A stretch of 64,000 nucleotides of DNA from Pseudomonadota bacterium (GTDB lineage Bacteria > Bdellovibrionota_F > JAHFAK01 > JBDREC01): the NCBI GenBank assembly GCA_043820105.1, contig JBDREC010000088.1:1-64000 (forward strand), given 5' to 3'. Positions 32,793 through 42,875 of the stretch are shown one piece after another. The notes beneath the pieces were generated by a model. That model saw only the letters and a list, made by a program, of their open reading frames with translations, was not told where the DNA came from and did no database searches. The position numbers and the translations under genes are program-made. How positions within the stretch are numbered: the first letter of the stretch is position 1; every line of letters begins with the position of its first letter.

Positions 32793-33803
32793 ATGAGATA
32801 TAAAGCAATATCACTACTTTCAGGTGGCCTTGATAGCATAATAGCAACTAAAGTTATAATGGAACAGGGAATTGAAGTCTTAGCATTGAACCTTGTTTCA
32901 CCTTTTTGCACCTGCACCTCTTCTTCAAGTGGCTGTTTAAATATAGCTAAAAAAGCAGCAGATGATTTGGGAATTGAAATTAAGTTTGTTAACAAGGGCC
33001 TAGAATATGTAAAGTTAGTTGAAAATCCCAAGATGGGATATGGAAAAGCCTTAAATCCTTGTCAAGATTGCAGGGTTTTTGCCTTTAAAGTTGCTAAAGA
33101 TGTTATGGACTCTGAAAAGGCTCAATTTATTATTACTGGTGAAGTTCTCGGCCAGCGTCCAATGTCTCAACGAAAAGATGCTCTCTTTAGAATTGAAAAT
33201 GCAAGTGGTTTAAAAGGATATATAGTAAGACCTCTTTCAGCTAAACTTCTTCCCCCTACTATCCCAGAAAAAGAAGGTATTATTGATAGAAATAAGCTTC
33301 TTGATATTGCAGGGAGAAGCAGAAGGCAGCAATTGGACTGGGCAGACAACTTTCAAATTAAAGACTTTGCTTGCGCAGGTGGTGGATGTAAATTAACAGA
33401 AAAACTTTTTGCTAAAAAGCTTAAAGATGTTTTTGAAAATGATCCTGCTTATGATATGTCTGATATTATTCTTTTAAATATCGGCAGGCACTTTCGAATT
33501 GCTAAAAATACAAAAGTAATCATAGGTAAAGATGAAAAAGAAAACAGAAGGCTTGTTGCTTATGCTAAAGCTTCTGAAAAATATAATTATTTAGAAGCTG
33601 TTGATTATCCTGCGCCAAGTGCCTTGATAACAAATGGAAAAAATGAAGAGGCAATGGAAATTGCCAAAAAGCTGATAAGTGAATATGCAAAGTTTAATGA
33701 AGAAAAGCTATCAGAAATAAAATTTAAGGATAAGGATGAGGATATTATTGTTATTAGGGTGGCCGAAGCTGGATTTGAGATTGATCGGTATCGGGTTGTG
33801 TAG
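32793..33803 (+). CDS. ThiI-like PP-loop tRNA thiolation protein
   Basis: LLSGGLDS, NPCQDCR, TGEVLGQRPMSQ, RPLSAKLL, AGGGCKLT and GRHFR motifs. Confidence 0.85.
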   Translation: MRYKAISLLSGGLDSIIATKVIMEQGIEVLALNLVSPFCTCTSSSSGCLNIAKKAADDLGIEIKFVNKGLEYVKLVENPKMGYGKALNPCQDCRVFAFKVAKDVMDSEKAQFIITGEVLGQRPMSQRKDALFRIENASGLKGYIVRPLSAKLLPPTIPEKEGIIDRNKLLDIAGRSRRQQLDWADNFQIKDFACAGGGCKLTEKLFAKKLKDVFENDPAYDMSDIILLNIGRHFRIAKNTKVIIGKDEKENRRLVAYAKASEKYNYLEAVDYPAPSALITNGKNEEAMEIAKKLISEYAKFNEEKLSEIKFKDKDEDIIVIRVAEAGFEIDRYRVV

Positions 33804-33891
33804 GTTTATTGATGGGGGAAGAAAAAATAAGAAAACAACCACTAATTAATAAATAATAATTAATAATTAATGGGGAGAAGAGGAGACAAAA

Positions 33892-34656
33892 ATGGAAGCA
33901 TATAAGATTCAGAAGCAAATATTAGAAGCTATGGAAAGCTCGAAAAAGGCTGCTGTTATTACTGTAATTAAAACAGAAGGGTCGGCTCCGCAAAAGCCTG
34001 GGGCTAAGATGATTGTTTATGAAGATAAATTGATTGTTGGGACAATTGGAGGAGGAGCTATTGAATTTAAGCTAACTGAAGATGCTTTGAATGTTATTGA
34101 GTCTGGCAAGGCTCAGATGTTTTCTTATAATTTAGGTGCACAACTTGGAATGTGCTGCGGAGGAAAAATGGATGCATTTATTGAACCGACTGAACCATTG
34201 AAAAAACTTGTAATTTTTGGAGCTGGTCATATATCAGCTGAGCTTGTTCCCCTTGCGAAAAAGATTGGTTTTCATGTTACAGTTATTGATGACAGGGAAG
34301 ACTTTGCCAATAAAGAGAGGCTTCCTCAAGCTGATGAAGTGATTTTTGAGCACTATGACTATACTCTTGATAAGCTTACTTTTGATAACTCTACATTCAT
34401 AGTCATAGTAACACATCAACATAAATACGATGATGAAATTTTAACGCGCATAATAGATAAAGAATATGCATACCTTGGAATGATAGGCAGTAAAACCAAG
34501 TTTGAAAAAACAAAGCTTAGACTAAAGTCGCAAAATTTTTCAGATCAAATTATTTCCAAAGTACATACTCCAATAGGCATCAAGATTTCTGCTAAAACCC
34601 CATTTGAAATAGCTCTTTCTATTTCTTGCGAATTAGTTAATTATAAATATATTTAA
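33892..34656 (+). CDS. xdhC: XdhC/CoxI-family molybdenum-cofactor accessory protein
   Basis: GSAPQKPGAKM, GTIGGG, GMCCGG, IFGAGH, YLGMIGS and HTPIG...TPFEIA motifs. Confidence 0.9.
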   Translation: MEAYKIQKQILEAMESSKKAAVITVIKTEGSAPQKPGAKMIVYEDKLIVGTIGGGAIEFKLTEDALNVIESGKAQMFSYNLGAQLGMCCGGKMDAFIEPTEPLKKLVIFGAGHISAELVPLAKKIGFHVTVIDDREDFANKERLPQADEVIFEHYDYTLDKLTFDNSTFIVIVTHQHKYDDEILTRIIDKEYAYLGMIGSKTKFEKTKLRLKSQNFSDQIISKVHTPIGIKISAKTPFEIALSISCELVNYKYI

Positions 34657-34667
34657 ATGGAGATTAA

Positions 34668-35297
34668 ATGCTACATTGGGTAGAATACACGAAGTTGCTA
34701 GCAGGTTTATTTGCAATAATTGATCCTATTTCAATAGTTCCCTTATTTCTTGTTATTACTTCTGCTGCAAACTTAAAAGAAAAAAGGGAAATCATAAGTC
34801 TGTGCGCTTTATCTATGTCTGTTATTTTAATCTTCACTTTAGTATCTGGTGAATTTATTATGTGGATGTTTGGAATAAGTATTCAATCTTTTTCTATAGC
34901 TGGTGGAGTCATTTTAGTCTTAATAGCCATGTCAATGGTCACAGGAAAGCCTGTTGCAAGCTATGCTGACAAGCAAGAAACCTCAAATAAAAGTTTAAAA
35001 TCCTTAGCTGTTGTACCCTTAGCAATCCCTCTATTATCAGGACCTGGGGCCATAAGCACTGTTCTGGTTTATGCACACAAACACGAATCGCTTTTTCATT
35101 ATTTAATAATTCTCTGTGCTATAATAAGCATAGCTATGATAATATTTATTTTATTAAGATCCGCCACAAAAATTGAAGCCTTTTTAGGGAAAACCGGAAT
35201 GGATGTGGTAGCAAGGTTAATGGGCTTAATAACTTTGGCAATTGGCATAGAGTTTATTGCTCAAGGCATATTGGAATTTTTCCCTGGTTTAAAATGA
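34668..35297 (+). CDS. MarC-family membrane protein
   Basis: IIDP, FGISIQSFSIAGG, VPLAIPLLSGPGAI and RLMGL motifs. Confidence 0.92.
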   Translation: MLHWVEYTKLLAGLFAIIDPISIVPLFLVITSAANLKEKREIISLCALSMSVILIFTLVSGEFIMWMFGISIQSFSIAGGVILVLIAMSMVTGKPVASYADKQETSNKSLKSLAVVPLAIPLLSGPGAISTVLVYAHKHESLFHYLIILCAIISIAMIIFILLRSATKIEAFLGKTGMDVVARLMGLITLAIGIEFIAQGILEFFPGLK

Positions 35298-36226
35298 TAA
35301 AAAACACTAAATCATTTGCTCCTTATCTTATGCTTATAATTGGCGCCATAATGATCAGCTTTTCATCTGTTTTTGTTAAGCTTGCTAATGTAGCACCAAC
35401 GGCAGCTGGCTTTTATCGCATGTTTTTTGGGGGCCTTGTACTTTTCCTTATAGTTATTATTAAGTCAGAAAAGTTTTTTTATAATTTCAGGCATTTATTT
35501 TATGTAATTTTATGTGCTGCAATTTTTGCCCTGGATCTTATAATTTGGCATCGATCTATTCACTATGTTGGTCCTGGTCTATCAACATTACTAGCTGCCT
35601 TTCAAGTTTTTTTCATGGCTGGAATTGGTCTCATTGTTTATAAAGAAAAAATAACTTTTAAATTAATTATTGCTATTCCCTTGGCTTTATTTGGATTATA
35701 TTTGATTTTAGGGGATAATTGGACAGGTCGTGGTGATATATATCGGCTTGGAGTTATTTTTGGTTTATTAACTGGTCTGACCTATGCAGCCTACGTAGTT
35801 TTCTTAAGGAAATCACAAAATATTTCTAAGGAGATATCAGGTCATAGTAACCTTGCTTCAATTACTATTATTTGTGCAATAATACTGGGAATTACAGCTT
35901 TTATTCAAAATGAAAGTTTTATTATTCCAGATTTCACTAGCCTTAGCACCATGCTAGCCTATGGAATTATTTCACAGGTCTTAGGTTGGATTTTGATTTC
36001 CATTGGAATTTTAAAAGTACCAACACCAATTATTGGCTTAATTTTACTGTTACAACCGACCTTAGCTTTTGTTTGGGATATATTGTTTTTTAATAGACCA
36101 ACAAAATATTTTGAAGTTTTAGGGGCCTTGCTTGCTTTATTGGCGATTTATCTTGGATCGCAGGGGAACAAAAGAACAAGGCGAGGTCATCCTGAACTTG
36201 TTTCAGGATCCCTTGAACTAAATTAA
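35294..36226 (+). CDS. DMT/EamA-family transporter with repeat-derived C-terminal tail
   Basis: About ten TM segments; AGFYRM and LLLQP motifs; tail GNKRTRRGHPELVSGSLELN is encoded by repeat families B and A. Confidence 0.9.
   Translation: MIKNTKSFAPYLMLIIGAIMISFSSVFVKLANVAPTAAGFYRMFFGGLVLFLIVIIKSEKFFYNFRHLFYVILCAAIFALDLIIWHRSIHYVGPGLSTLLAAFQVFFMAGIGLIVYKEKITFKLIIAIPLALFGLYLILGDNWTGRGDIYRLGVIFGLLTGLTYAAYVVFLRKSQNISKEISGHSNLASITIICAIILGITAFIQNESFIIPDFTSLSTMLAYGIISQVLGWILISIGILKVPTPIIGLILLLQPTLAFVWDILFFNRPTKYFEVLGALLALLAIYLGSQGNKRTRRGHPELVSGSLELN
36186..36212. repeat. Palindromic repeat family A
   Basis: GTCATCCTGAACTTGTTTCAGGATCCC with ATCCTGAA/TTCAGGAT stem. Confidence 0.85.
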
Positions 36227-36326
36227 TACAGCGTCCTTTTTTATTGCCTTTTGCGTCACGTTAGCTTAGTATTCATATTTGTTGTAATATTGAAACACGT
36301 TACAAAATATAATTCTTGGGAGCGAC

Positions 36327-38552
36327 ATGAGATCTTTTAAACCAATTTCTAATCTATTTATCCTATTTTTGATTTTTATATTTGTTAATTTTTCATTTAT
36401 TTTTATTTCATGTACTTCAAATATAACAGAAGATGATACAACAGAAGATGACAGTTATACAGATGATGGTTCTTCTGGTGAAGCCGAAGAAGAGGAAACT
36501 GAAGCCGAAGAAGAGGAAACTGAAACCGAAGAAGAGCAAGAAGAAGAAACAGCCCCAAGCACCTATACTTATTATTTAGATGATGATAGCGATGGTTATG
36601 GTGACGCAAACACCTCAACAACAGCAGAATCAGCTCCATCAGGCTATGTGGCAAATGCAACTGATTGTGACGATACTGATGCAAACATTAATCCAGGAGC
36701 TTCCGAAACCTGCAATGAAATTGATGACGATTGTGATGGAACTGTAGATGATGGCTTAACAAGCTATACATATTACAAAGATCTTGATGAAGATACCTAT
36801 GGAGATTGGGAAACAACGATAGCAATTTGCCATGATTCAGCACCAACAGGTTATGTAGAAATTATGGGAGATTGTGATGATTCTGATGATTCTTTACCAA
36901 ATATAATAGTTAGACAAGATGGGCTTGGTGATTTTACCGAAATATCAACAGCTGTTGCTGACGCTGGAACTGTCAATGGAGATTGTATTGTTGTTTATCC
37001 AAGTACTGCCCTTGATCCTTATGAAGGAGAATTTGAAGTCTCGGATAATATTTCAATTATAAGTACAAATGGAGCCAGCCAGACAAGCATTTATGGAACA
37101 GGAACTTCAAGCAACATTTTCTTAAATGGAGGACAGTCTTTTAAAATTATTGGTTTCACTATTGAAAATGGAGGCGGTTCAACTGGTGGGGGGATATATC
37201 TGGTCGCTGTTTCAACATCATTTACAGTAGCTAACAATATTATTAAAAACAATTCCAGTACCAATGGCGCTGGCATAACTGTTAATAATAGCGGTAGCGG
37301 AACCATTAGCAATAATACAATCTTTGGAAATGACGCAAGCAATTCCGCAGGAGGTGTTTATATAACAGCATGCTCGACAACTGTTACAATTGAAAACAAT
37401 AGAATATATAATAATACTGCAAATATAAGCGACGGAAGAGCAGGAGGAATTCAAATAAATAATAGTGTTGTGGATATTTCAGATAATACCATTTATTCAA
37501 ATACAGCCGAAGATGGTGGTGGAATTTATGTAAGCGGAACATCCAGAGCTAATATTGAAAACAATTCAATATATAACCATGATGTTGGTGCAGCTGGAAA
37601 AGGTGGTGGTATTTATATTGAGGGTACATCCGTAACTTATATTAACATTGCTTCCAATGATATTTACAACAATTCAGGATATAAGGGAGGAGCGATTGAA
37701 CTTGCAAATGCAGGAAACATTACAGCTTGCACAATAAACTCCAACAATTTTTATGACAATTCAGTCACTAATTATGGCGGAGCCATACACTTTGAAGATG
37801 CTCCAATTGAACATAAAATTTATAATAATATTTTTACAAGAAACAATGCACAATCAGGATCAGCAATTCATTTCACCACAGCAATGGGGGTCAATGTCTT
37901 AAATAATATTTTTTATGCAAACGGAAATGATGGCTCATTGACAAATAGCGGAACCATCTATTTACAGACAGAAAATGAAACAACAGTTAATAAAGCATAT
38001 ATTGCAAATAATACTTTAATGTATAATTCCACAAACATACAAGGAACAATCTCAAGAGGTAGCACTTTTGATATTTCCTTATATGCAGGAAATAATATTA
38101 TCACAAATAATGATTGCGGGGTTAGAATATATAACAGAGAGGAAACATATTTTATTTCTAACCTGCTATATGACAATAACGACGATAATTATTGCAGCTC
38201 AAATATTTCTGGTTTTGCTACAATGTCTGGAAATATTGAAGATGAAGATCCATTGCTAGATTTTACACTTGTGTCATCAACAGATGATGATGCTGATGGC
38301 ATTCCAAATGAACTTGAAGATGAATCTGATGAGAATTTTGATGAAATAAAAATAAATACTGAATTTACCATTTCAGCATCATCTCCATGTATTGATGCTG
38401 GTACAAACAACATAGATTCCAGCGACTCTGATCCTGATGATATAGATAATGATACCTTCGCAGAAGATTGGAACCACGACGGAACAAATGATACCTCTGT
38501 TGTTTTAATTGACTGTGGAGTGCATGATGGGATTTATGGTGTAAGTTGGTAA
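36327..38552 (+). CDS. Lipoprotein with MopE-like motifs and right-handed beta-helix repeats
   Basis: Lipobox FISC; DCDDTDANINPGASETCNEIDDDCDG; repeated NNxIxxN...GGGIY units. Confidence 0.88.
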   Translation: MRSFKPISNLFILFLIFIFVNFSFIFISCTSNITEDDTTEDDSYTDDGSSGEAEEEETEAEEEETETEEEQEEETAPSTYTYYLDDDSDGYGDANTSTTAESAPSGYVANATDCDDTDANINPGASETCNEIDDDCDGTVDDGLTSYTYYKDLDEDTYGDWETTIAICHDSAPTGYVEIMGDCDDSDDSLPNIIVRQDGLGDFTEISTAVADAGTVNGDCIVVYPSTALDPYEGEFEVSDNISIISTNGASQTSIYGTGTSSNIFLNGGQSFKIIGFTIENGGGSTGGGIYLVAVSTSFTVANNIIKNNSSTNGAGITVNNSGSGTISNNTIFGNDASNSAGGVYITACSTTVTIENNRIYNNTANISDGRAGGIQINNSVVDISDNTIYSNTAEDGGGIYVSGTSRANIENNSIYNHDVGAAGKGGGIYIEGTSVTYINIASNDIYNNSGYKGGAIELANAGNITACTINSNNFYDNSVTNYGGAIHFEDAPIEHKIYNNIFTRNNAQSGSAIHFTTAMGVNVLNNIFYANGNDGSLTNSGTIYLQTENETTVNKAYIANNTLMYNSTNIQGTISRGSTFDISLYAGNNIITNNDCGVRIYNREETYFISNLLYDNNDDNYCSSNISGFATMSGNIEDEDPLLDFTLVSSTDDDADGIPNELEDESDENFDEIKINTEFTISASSPCIDAGTNNIDSSDSDPDDIDNDTFAEDWNHDGTNDTSVVLIDCGVHDGIYGVSW

Positions 38553-38634
38553 AAAGATGCCAGGCGACATTAGGGAAAAAAGGAACAGGCACTTTTTAAG
38601 AGAACAAGAGCGCAAGGGAACAAGAGAACAAGGC
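38551..38634 (+). repeat. Dispersed repeat family B
   Basis: AAAAGATGCC...TAGGGAAAAAAGGAACAGGCACTTTTTAAGAGAACAAGAGCGCAAGGGAACAAGAGAACAAGGC directly after a stop codon. Confidence 0.85.
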
Positions 38635-38702
38635 TAGGAAAATAGCTTTCAACTTTTTCGCTGATAGCTGACAGCTTACTTTTTCAATGAAGACTATTAT
38701 TT

Positions 38703-41549
38703 TCATTCACTAAAACTAACATCACTCACGCTTTCTTCGCTTCCAAACTGAAAAACGCTTGGCTCGATTTCTACATATTTCCTATGTTCATAGTGAGCGA
38801 TAACTTCTTCTTCTGCCATGTAGCGATCGTAAATTCTAACTTCATCTATTTTTCCATCTAAAACAGCGCCGTAACCATTGCCTCCGATAGCAATTATATC
38901 AGTTGATCCTGGTGATAATCCCTGATAGTCAGAAACTCGTTCCAGATCTCCATTTATATAGACTTTAAAAGAATCTGCCTCGCTTTTATCATGAGTAACA
39001 AGCACATGATTCCAGGTACTTTCTTCTAAGCATCCAATCGAATATTCAGGATCAAAAGTATCAATTCCCACTACAATTTCACACCCATTTGTTTGCTTTA
39101 TTATTTCAAAATTTCCGCCGCCGCCGGTCCCTGTTGTAAAAATCGGCCCCCAGCCACCACCTGCAATATCATCAAACATAACCCAGGCTTCCAGGGTAAA
39201 ATCTTCATTTAAATTTGAATTTATCTGCAGAGCGGAATAAACCTGATCAGCTCCTGCTCCGCTGAAATCAACAGCGTCGCCTACTGAAAAATAATTGTCG
39301 GAACCATACCAGTTACTGCCTTCATCTCTTACCAGGATTCCATTATTTCCATTTCCAGAACTATCAGCTACCACTGTTCCTGTTCCTTCATCCAGCAGCC
39401 ATTGCAATAAAAGATCACTGTCACTGGAATAATCACTTGCCATTGTATTATTGTAGCTGGAATTTGAAGTAGCATCAGCATTTCCATAATACATGTAAAC
39501 ATTTACAGAAGAAGATCCTGTAATTGAAGGAAGCTCTACCCAGACAAGAGCATAATCAGAATCAACTTTAGATTCCAGATAATAATCAAGCTCAGTTTCT
39601 CCATCTGCCGCAGTAAAACGAAGATCATCAAAATCTGTTTGCATGTCACTATCATAATCAACGAAAAATAGTGTCTGGTAATTAGTTAAATTGCTGGCCA
39701 CATTATTAACAACTTTAAATTTTATCCGCTTTGATCCCAGGTCTGGAGCTGTACTTTCTTCTTCTCCAAAAGAAACCAGGGGCTCACTTGTTGCATATTT
39801 TTTTATGTAAAAATGATCGAAACTAGCTGAAACTGTTGATTCAGTTCCTAGCCAATGCTTAATATAAAGTCCAAGAGAAGACATTGTATCAGCTGCTGTA
39901 TAACTTCCACATTGTGTCCAGGTATCACCATTATATGAAATATAATAATTATATTCATTGGCTAAGTCAGGACCATTTCCTGTTGTATTGGAAATTTTTA
40001 AATAAACAGGTAAAGTCGCTGGAGTGATATCACAAAGATCATTTGCTCCTGTTTGTTCTAATCTAAACTCATCATTATTATCATCATCAATATTCATTTT
40101 TCCAAAACTATAGCCATTAGTTAGATTTTCAAAATTCATTATTCCATATTGCTGATATTGTACATCAGTGCCATTTGTTATTTTTGTTACTGCCTCCCAT
40201 GTACCACCAGGATCTGAAACGTATATTCCAGCCCTTAAAGAAACAGTATTCCACCAGTTACAATCTTCACCACTTCCTGAACATGTTTTTGTCCAGACTC
40301 CATTTTCAATTGTCCCAACTGATGCTCCTTCTGATGTCACCTCTGTCCAAGCCTCATTAATAGTTTCACCTGAAAAGTCATCTGCAAATAAAAAGGTGTC
40401 AGAAGCTGAAGAAACAGAAGAAATTGTGTTATGACCATAGTACATATATAAGGTAGTGCTTGAGCTTGCTTCCAAACTTGCAACTTTTACCCAAACCTTA
40501 GCTGATGATCCATTAATTTTGCTTTCTATCCAGTGCGAAAGTAGTGTTGATCCATCACTTGCTGTAAATCTTAAATCATCAAAATCTTCCTGCATTTCAC
40601 TTTCATAACCTACATCTAATTTAACTTGATAATTTGTAAGATCAGATGCTTCATTGTTTGTAATTGAAATTGCCTTTCGCTTTATCCAGGCAGTTGAAGG
40701 GCCTTCTTCTTCGTCATCGTCTTCATCACCATCTCCGTCTCCATCTCCATCTCCATCTCCGTCTCCATCGCCGTCGCCATCACCATCTCCGTCCTCACCT
40801 TGTCCGCCAGAAGCTTCAGAAGCGATATCTTCCAAAACACTTTCATCAACTTCTGAACTTGCTGTTAAAGTCCCATCTTCATCTTCACTAACACTTATTT
40901 CACTAAAATCAAATTCTTCTGCTTCTTCTGATTCAATCCTTATAACAAAATCACTCTGATCATCTGATAGTCCACTTGGATTATAATCTATCACAATATT
41001 ATTTTCATCTTCTGCCCAATTCTGCCAAGTGCTTACATCTGTTTCCTCAGATAACATTATTATTTTTAATTTAAGGTCTATACCATTTACAACCTGAAGT
41101 GAAAAAGATCCATCTTCATTTATTAAAACATTCGAATGCAATGAATCCTGATTTGCTTCCTGAGAACTTAAAAAGATTGCAGGCAAAGCTGCTGCTTCTG
41201 ATTTTTTCAATATTTGCTTTTGATAATAGGATGATATTACCTCAAAAGGATTTATCTTAAAAAAAGCAGAATTTGGTGCTGCAATATTTTCAGTAGCTGT
41301 AAAATCAGTTCTACTTATAAGATCATTTCTGGTAATTAAGTCACTACGACTTATAATTGTGTCATTAGTGCTAATTGAATCCAAATCAACTGTTCCAGTA
41401 ATTCGAGAAATAATATAGCCATCTAAAGTTTCATTTTCACTTGTATCATCTGACTCTGGTGAACCAGCATTTGAAGAATTTGTTCCCTGGCAAGATAAAA
41501 TAAATAAGCCAATAATAAAACACATCCCCCAAATTAGACTTTTTTTCAT
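38703..41549 (-). CDS. Lipoprotein with two DUF2341-like domains and LamG/ConA-like domains
   Basis: Lipobox ILSC; two copies of DMQxDFDDLRFTA.DG...W/Y.ES...VWV...YMYYG; WLLDEGTG...GKIDEVRIYDR; (GD)n linker. Confidence 0.88.
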   Translation of the reverse strand: MKKSLIWGMCFIIGLFILSCQGTNSSNAGSPESDDTSENETLDGYIISRITGTVDLDSISTNDTIISRSDLITRNDLISRTDFTATENIAAPNSAFFKINPFEVISSYYQKQILKKSEAAALPAIFLSSQEANQDSLHSNVLINEDGSFSLQVVNGIDLKLKIIMLSEETDVSTWQNWAEDENNIVIDYNPSGLSDDQSDFVIRIESEEAEEFDFSEISVSEDEDGTLTASSEVDESVLEDIASEASGGQGEDGDGDGDGDGDGDGDGDGDGDGDEDDDEEEGPSTAWIKRKAISITNNEASDLTNYQVKLDVGYESEMQEDFDDLRFTASDGSTLLSHWIESKINGSSAKVWVKVASLEASSSTTLYMYYGHNTISSVSSASDTFLFADDFSGETINEAWTEVTSEGASVGTIENGVWTKTCSGSGEDCNWWNTVSLRAGIYVSDPGGTWEAVTKITNGTDVQYQQYGIMNFENLTNGYSFGKMNIDDDNNDEFRLEQTGANDLCDITPATLPVYLKISNTTGNGPDLANEYNYYISYNGDTWTQCGSYTAADTMSSLGLYIKHWLGTESTVSASFDHFYIKKYATSEPLVSFGEEESTAPDLGSKRIKFKVVNNVASNLTNYQTLFFVDYDSDMQTDFDDLRFTAADGETELDYYLESKVDSDYALVWVELPSITGSSSVNVYMYYGNADATSNSSYNNTMASDYSSDSDLLLQWLLDEGTGTVVADSSGNGNNGILVRDEGSNWYGSDNYFSVGDAVDFSGAGADQVYSALQINSNLNEDFTLEAWVMFDDIAGGGWGPIFTTGTGGGGNFEIIKQTNGCEIVVGIDTFDPEYSIGCLEESTWNHVLVTHDKSEADSFKVYINGDLERVSDYQGLSPGSTDIIAIGGNGYGAVLDGKIDEVRIYDRYMAEEEVIAHYEHRKYVEIEPSVFQFGSEESVSDVSFSE
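40726..40793 (-). repeat. Coding hexamer repeat encoding (Gly-Asp)n
   Basis: TCTCCA/TCGCCG-type hexamers on the plus strand encode GDGDGD on the minus strand. Confidence 0.9.
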
Positions 41550-41714
41550 AACTAATCCTGCCCCCATTAATATTAACATTCCGATATTACGGTGTTATTT
41601 TTTATAATTATATGTTTTTTCATTATAACATATTTAATAATTTAATAAAACTGTAAATTTTGATCAAACCCTCCCTACAGCCACTAGTCCTTAGAAATAG
41701 CATGCCTCAGAGAA

Positions 41715-41795
41715 GTGACAAAATTTGTCACCCTTGTCGAGCTGTTTTGTCTTGCAATTTCAGGGGCTTACAACCGGGGTGACAAAAATTGTCAG
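41715..41795. promoter_or_regulatory. Two palindromic enhancer-like sites upstream of the pilin gene
   Basis: GTGACAAAATTTGTCAC (41715-41731) and GTGACAAAAATTGTCAG (41779-41795), 64 bp apart. Confidence 0.7.
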
Positions 41796-41866
41796 GTTTT
41801 TTCTATTGCCGAAACCCAGCCCCTTAAATTGATCTATAATTTCAAACAGTTAAAAAATAGAAGTTT

Positions 41867-41881
41867 TGGCATAAAACTTGC
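41867..41881 (+). promoter_or_regulatory. sigma-54 promoter of the pilin gene
   Basis: TGGCAT-AAAAC-TTGC; IHF-like TTTCAAACAGTTA at 41840-41852. Confidence 0.88.
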
Positions 41882-41938
41882 TACAAAAAAAGATCGAGTC
41901 TGTTAGTAATATTATTTTTTTTAAAAGAGGAGATCAAA

Positions 41939-42448
41939 ATGAAAAAGAAAGGCTTTACATTAGTCGAACTAATGATCGTTGTTGCCATTATCGGCATTTT
42001 GGCAGCAATCGCGATCCCATCTTTTATGGCTTATATTAAGAAGTCAAAACAATCAGAAGTTAACACTTTATTTAATGGAATGTTTGCAGCAGAAGCTGAT
42101 TACAATATAGATAATGCAAAATTTCATGAAACTCCTGCTATTAAGCCATTTGAAGAAGTTACGGATTTAGATGGAAATAAACAACCAGGATCTCAGGCTG
42201 CATTTGCTAATGATACAAATGGATTTAAAATTATCGGCTTTGCCCCTGACCAAGATCTTTATAGTGCAGCAAAAGTTGCGTGTAGTGGCGGTTCACTTAG
42301 CCCAATTACAATGTGTGCAATGGCTGTTTTTCAAGATCTCGATGATGATGATACCGCTGGACGCTATATTCAGCCTATAGCTAGAGATAACACGGGAAAT
42401 GCAGATGCATACAAAATGGGACAAGTGGATACTCAGGTTGAAGACTAG
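41939..42448 (+). CDS. pilA: Type IVa pilin
   Basis: [27 protein letters not shown] class III signal; AGGAG RBS; own sigma-54 promoter. Confidence 0.9.
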   Translation: MKKKGFTLVELMIVVAIIGILAAIAIPSFMAYIKKSKQSEVNTLFNGMFAAEADYNIDNAKFHETPAIKPFEEVTDLDGNKQPGSQAAFANDTNGFKIIGFAPDQDLYSAAKVACSGGSLSPITMCAMAVFQDLDDDDTAGRYIQPIARDNTGNADAYKMGQVDTQVED

Positions 42449-42507
42449 GAAAAAGAAACAGGCACTTTTGAAGAGAAAAAGAGTGAAAGGGAACAAGAGA
42501 ACAAGGC
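42446..42507 (+). repeat. Dispersed repeat family B
   Basis: TAGGAAAAAGAAACAGGCACTTTTGAAGAGAAAAAGAGTGAAAGGGAACAAGAGAACAAGGC starting at the pilin stop codon. Confidence 0.85.
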
Positions 42508-42694
42508 GATGTTGTTTCTCGATACTCGATAAAAACATCGAGCAACGAGCATCTAGCATCAAACTGTACAAATAACTTTAAAACTGATCTATTGAAGGTA
42601 GTCCAGATTATTAATTAGTTTTCATCCCTAAAATTTCACTTTATGCCACGTTATCCTTAATTTCTTTCAAAATCCCCCTGGTATAGCTTCGTTC

Positions 42695-42721
42695 GGGGAT
42701 GCTGAAACAAGTTCAGCATGA
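42695..42721. repeat. Palindromic repeat family A (compensatory variant)
   Basis: GGGGATGCTGAAACAAGTTCAGCATGA; a C-G pair of the stem is swapped to G-C. Confidence 0.8.
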
Positions 42722-42875
42722 GGAAAAGGAATTTCGGTATGGAAAGCAATTAACCACGAACTCATAACCCAAAAGCCACGCCTTAAGCTGCAATCAAAAG
42801 CCTGTCAATCAAAAGCCTTGCAAAGTTATTATTTTTAAGATACAAGCGTTTTGCATTAAATTTAGGGACCCTATT

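Noticed and set aside
40654-40959. Ser/Pro-rich and His-rich ORFs on the plus strand
   Set aside because: They are antisense shadows of the (GD)n linker in the DUF2341 lipoprotein.
42293-42571. Short ORFs over repeats (also 38365-38592, 61158-61391 and 63688-63909)
   Set aside because: They are translations of repeat DNA or antisense to real genes, with no independent coding evidence.
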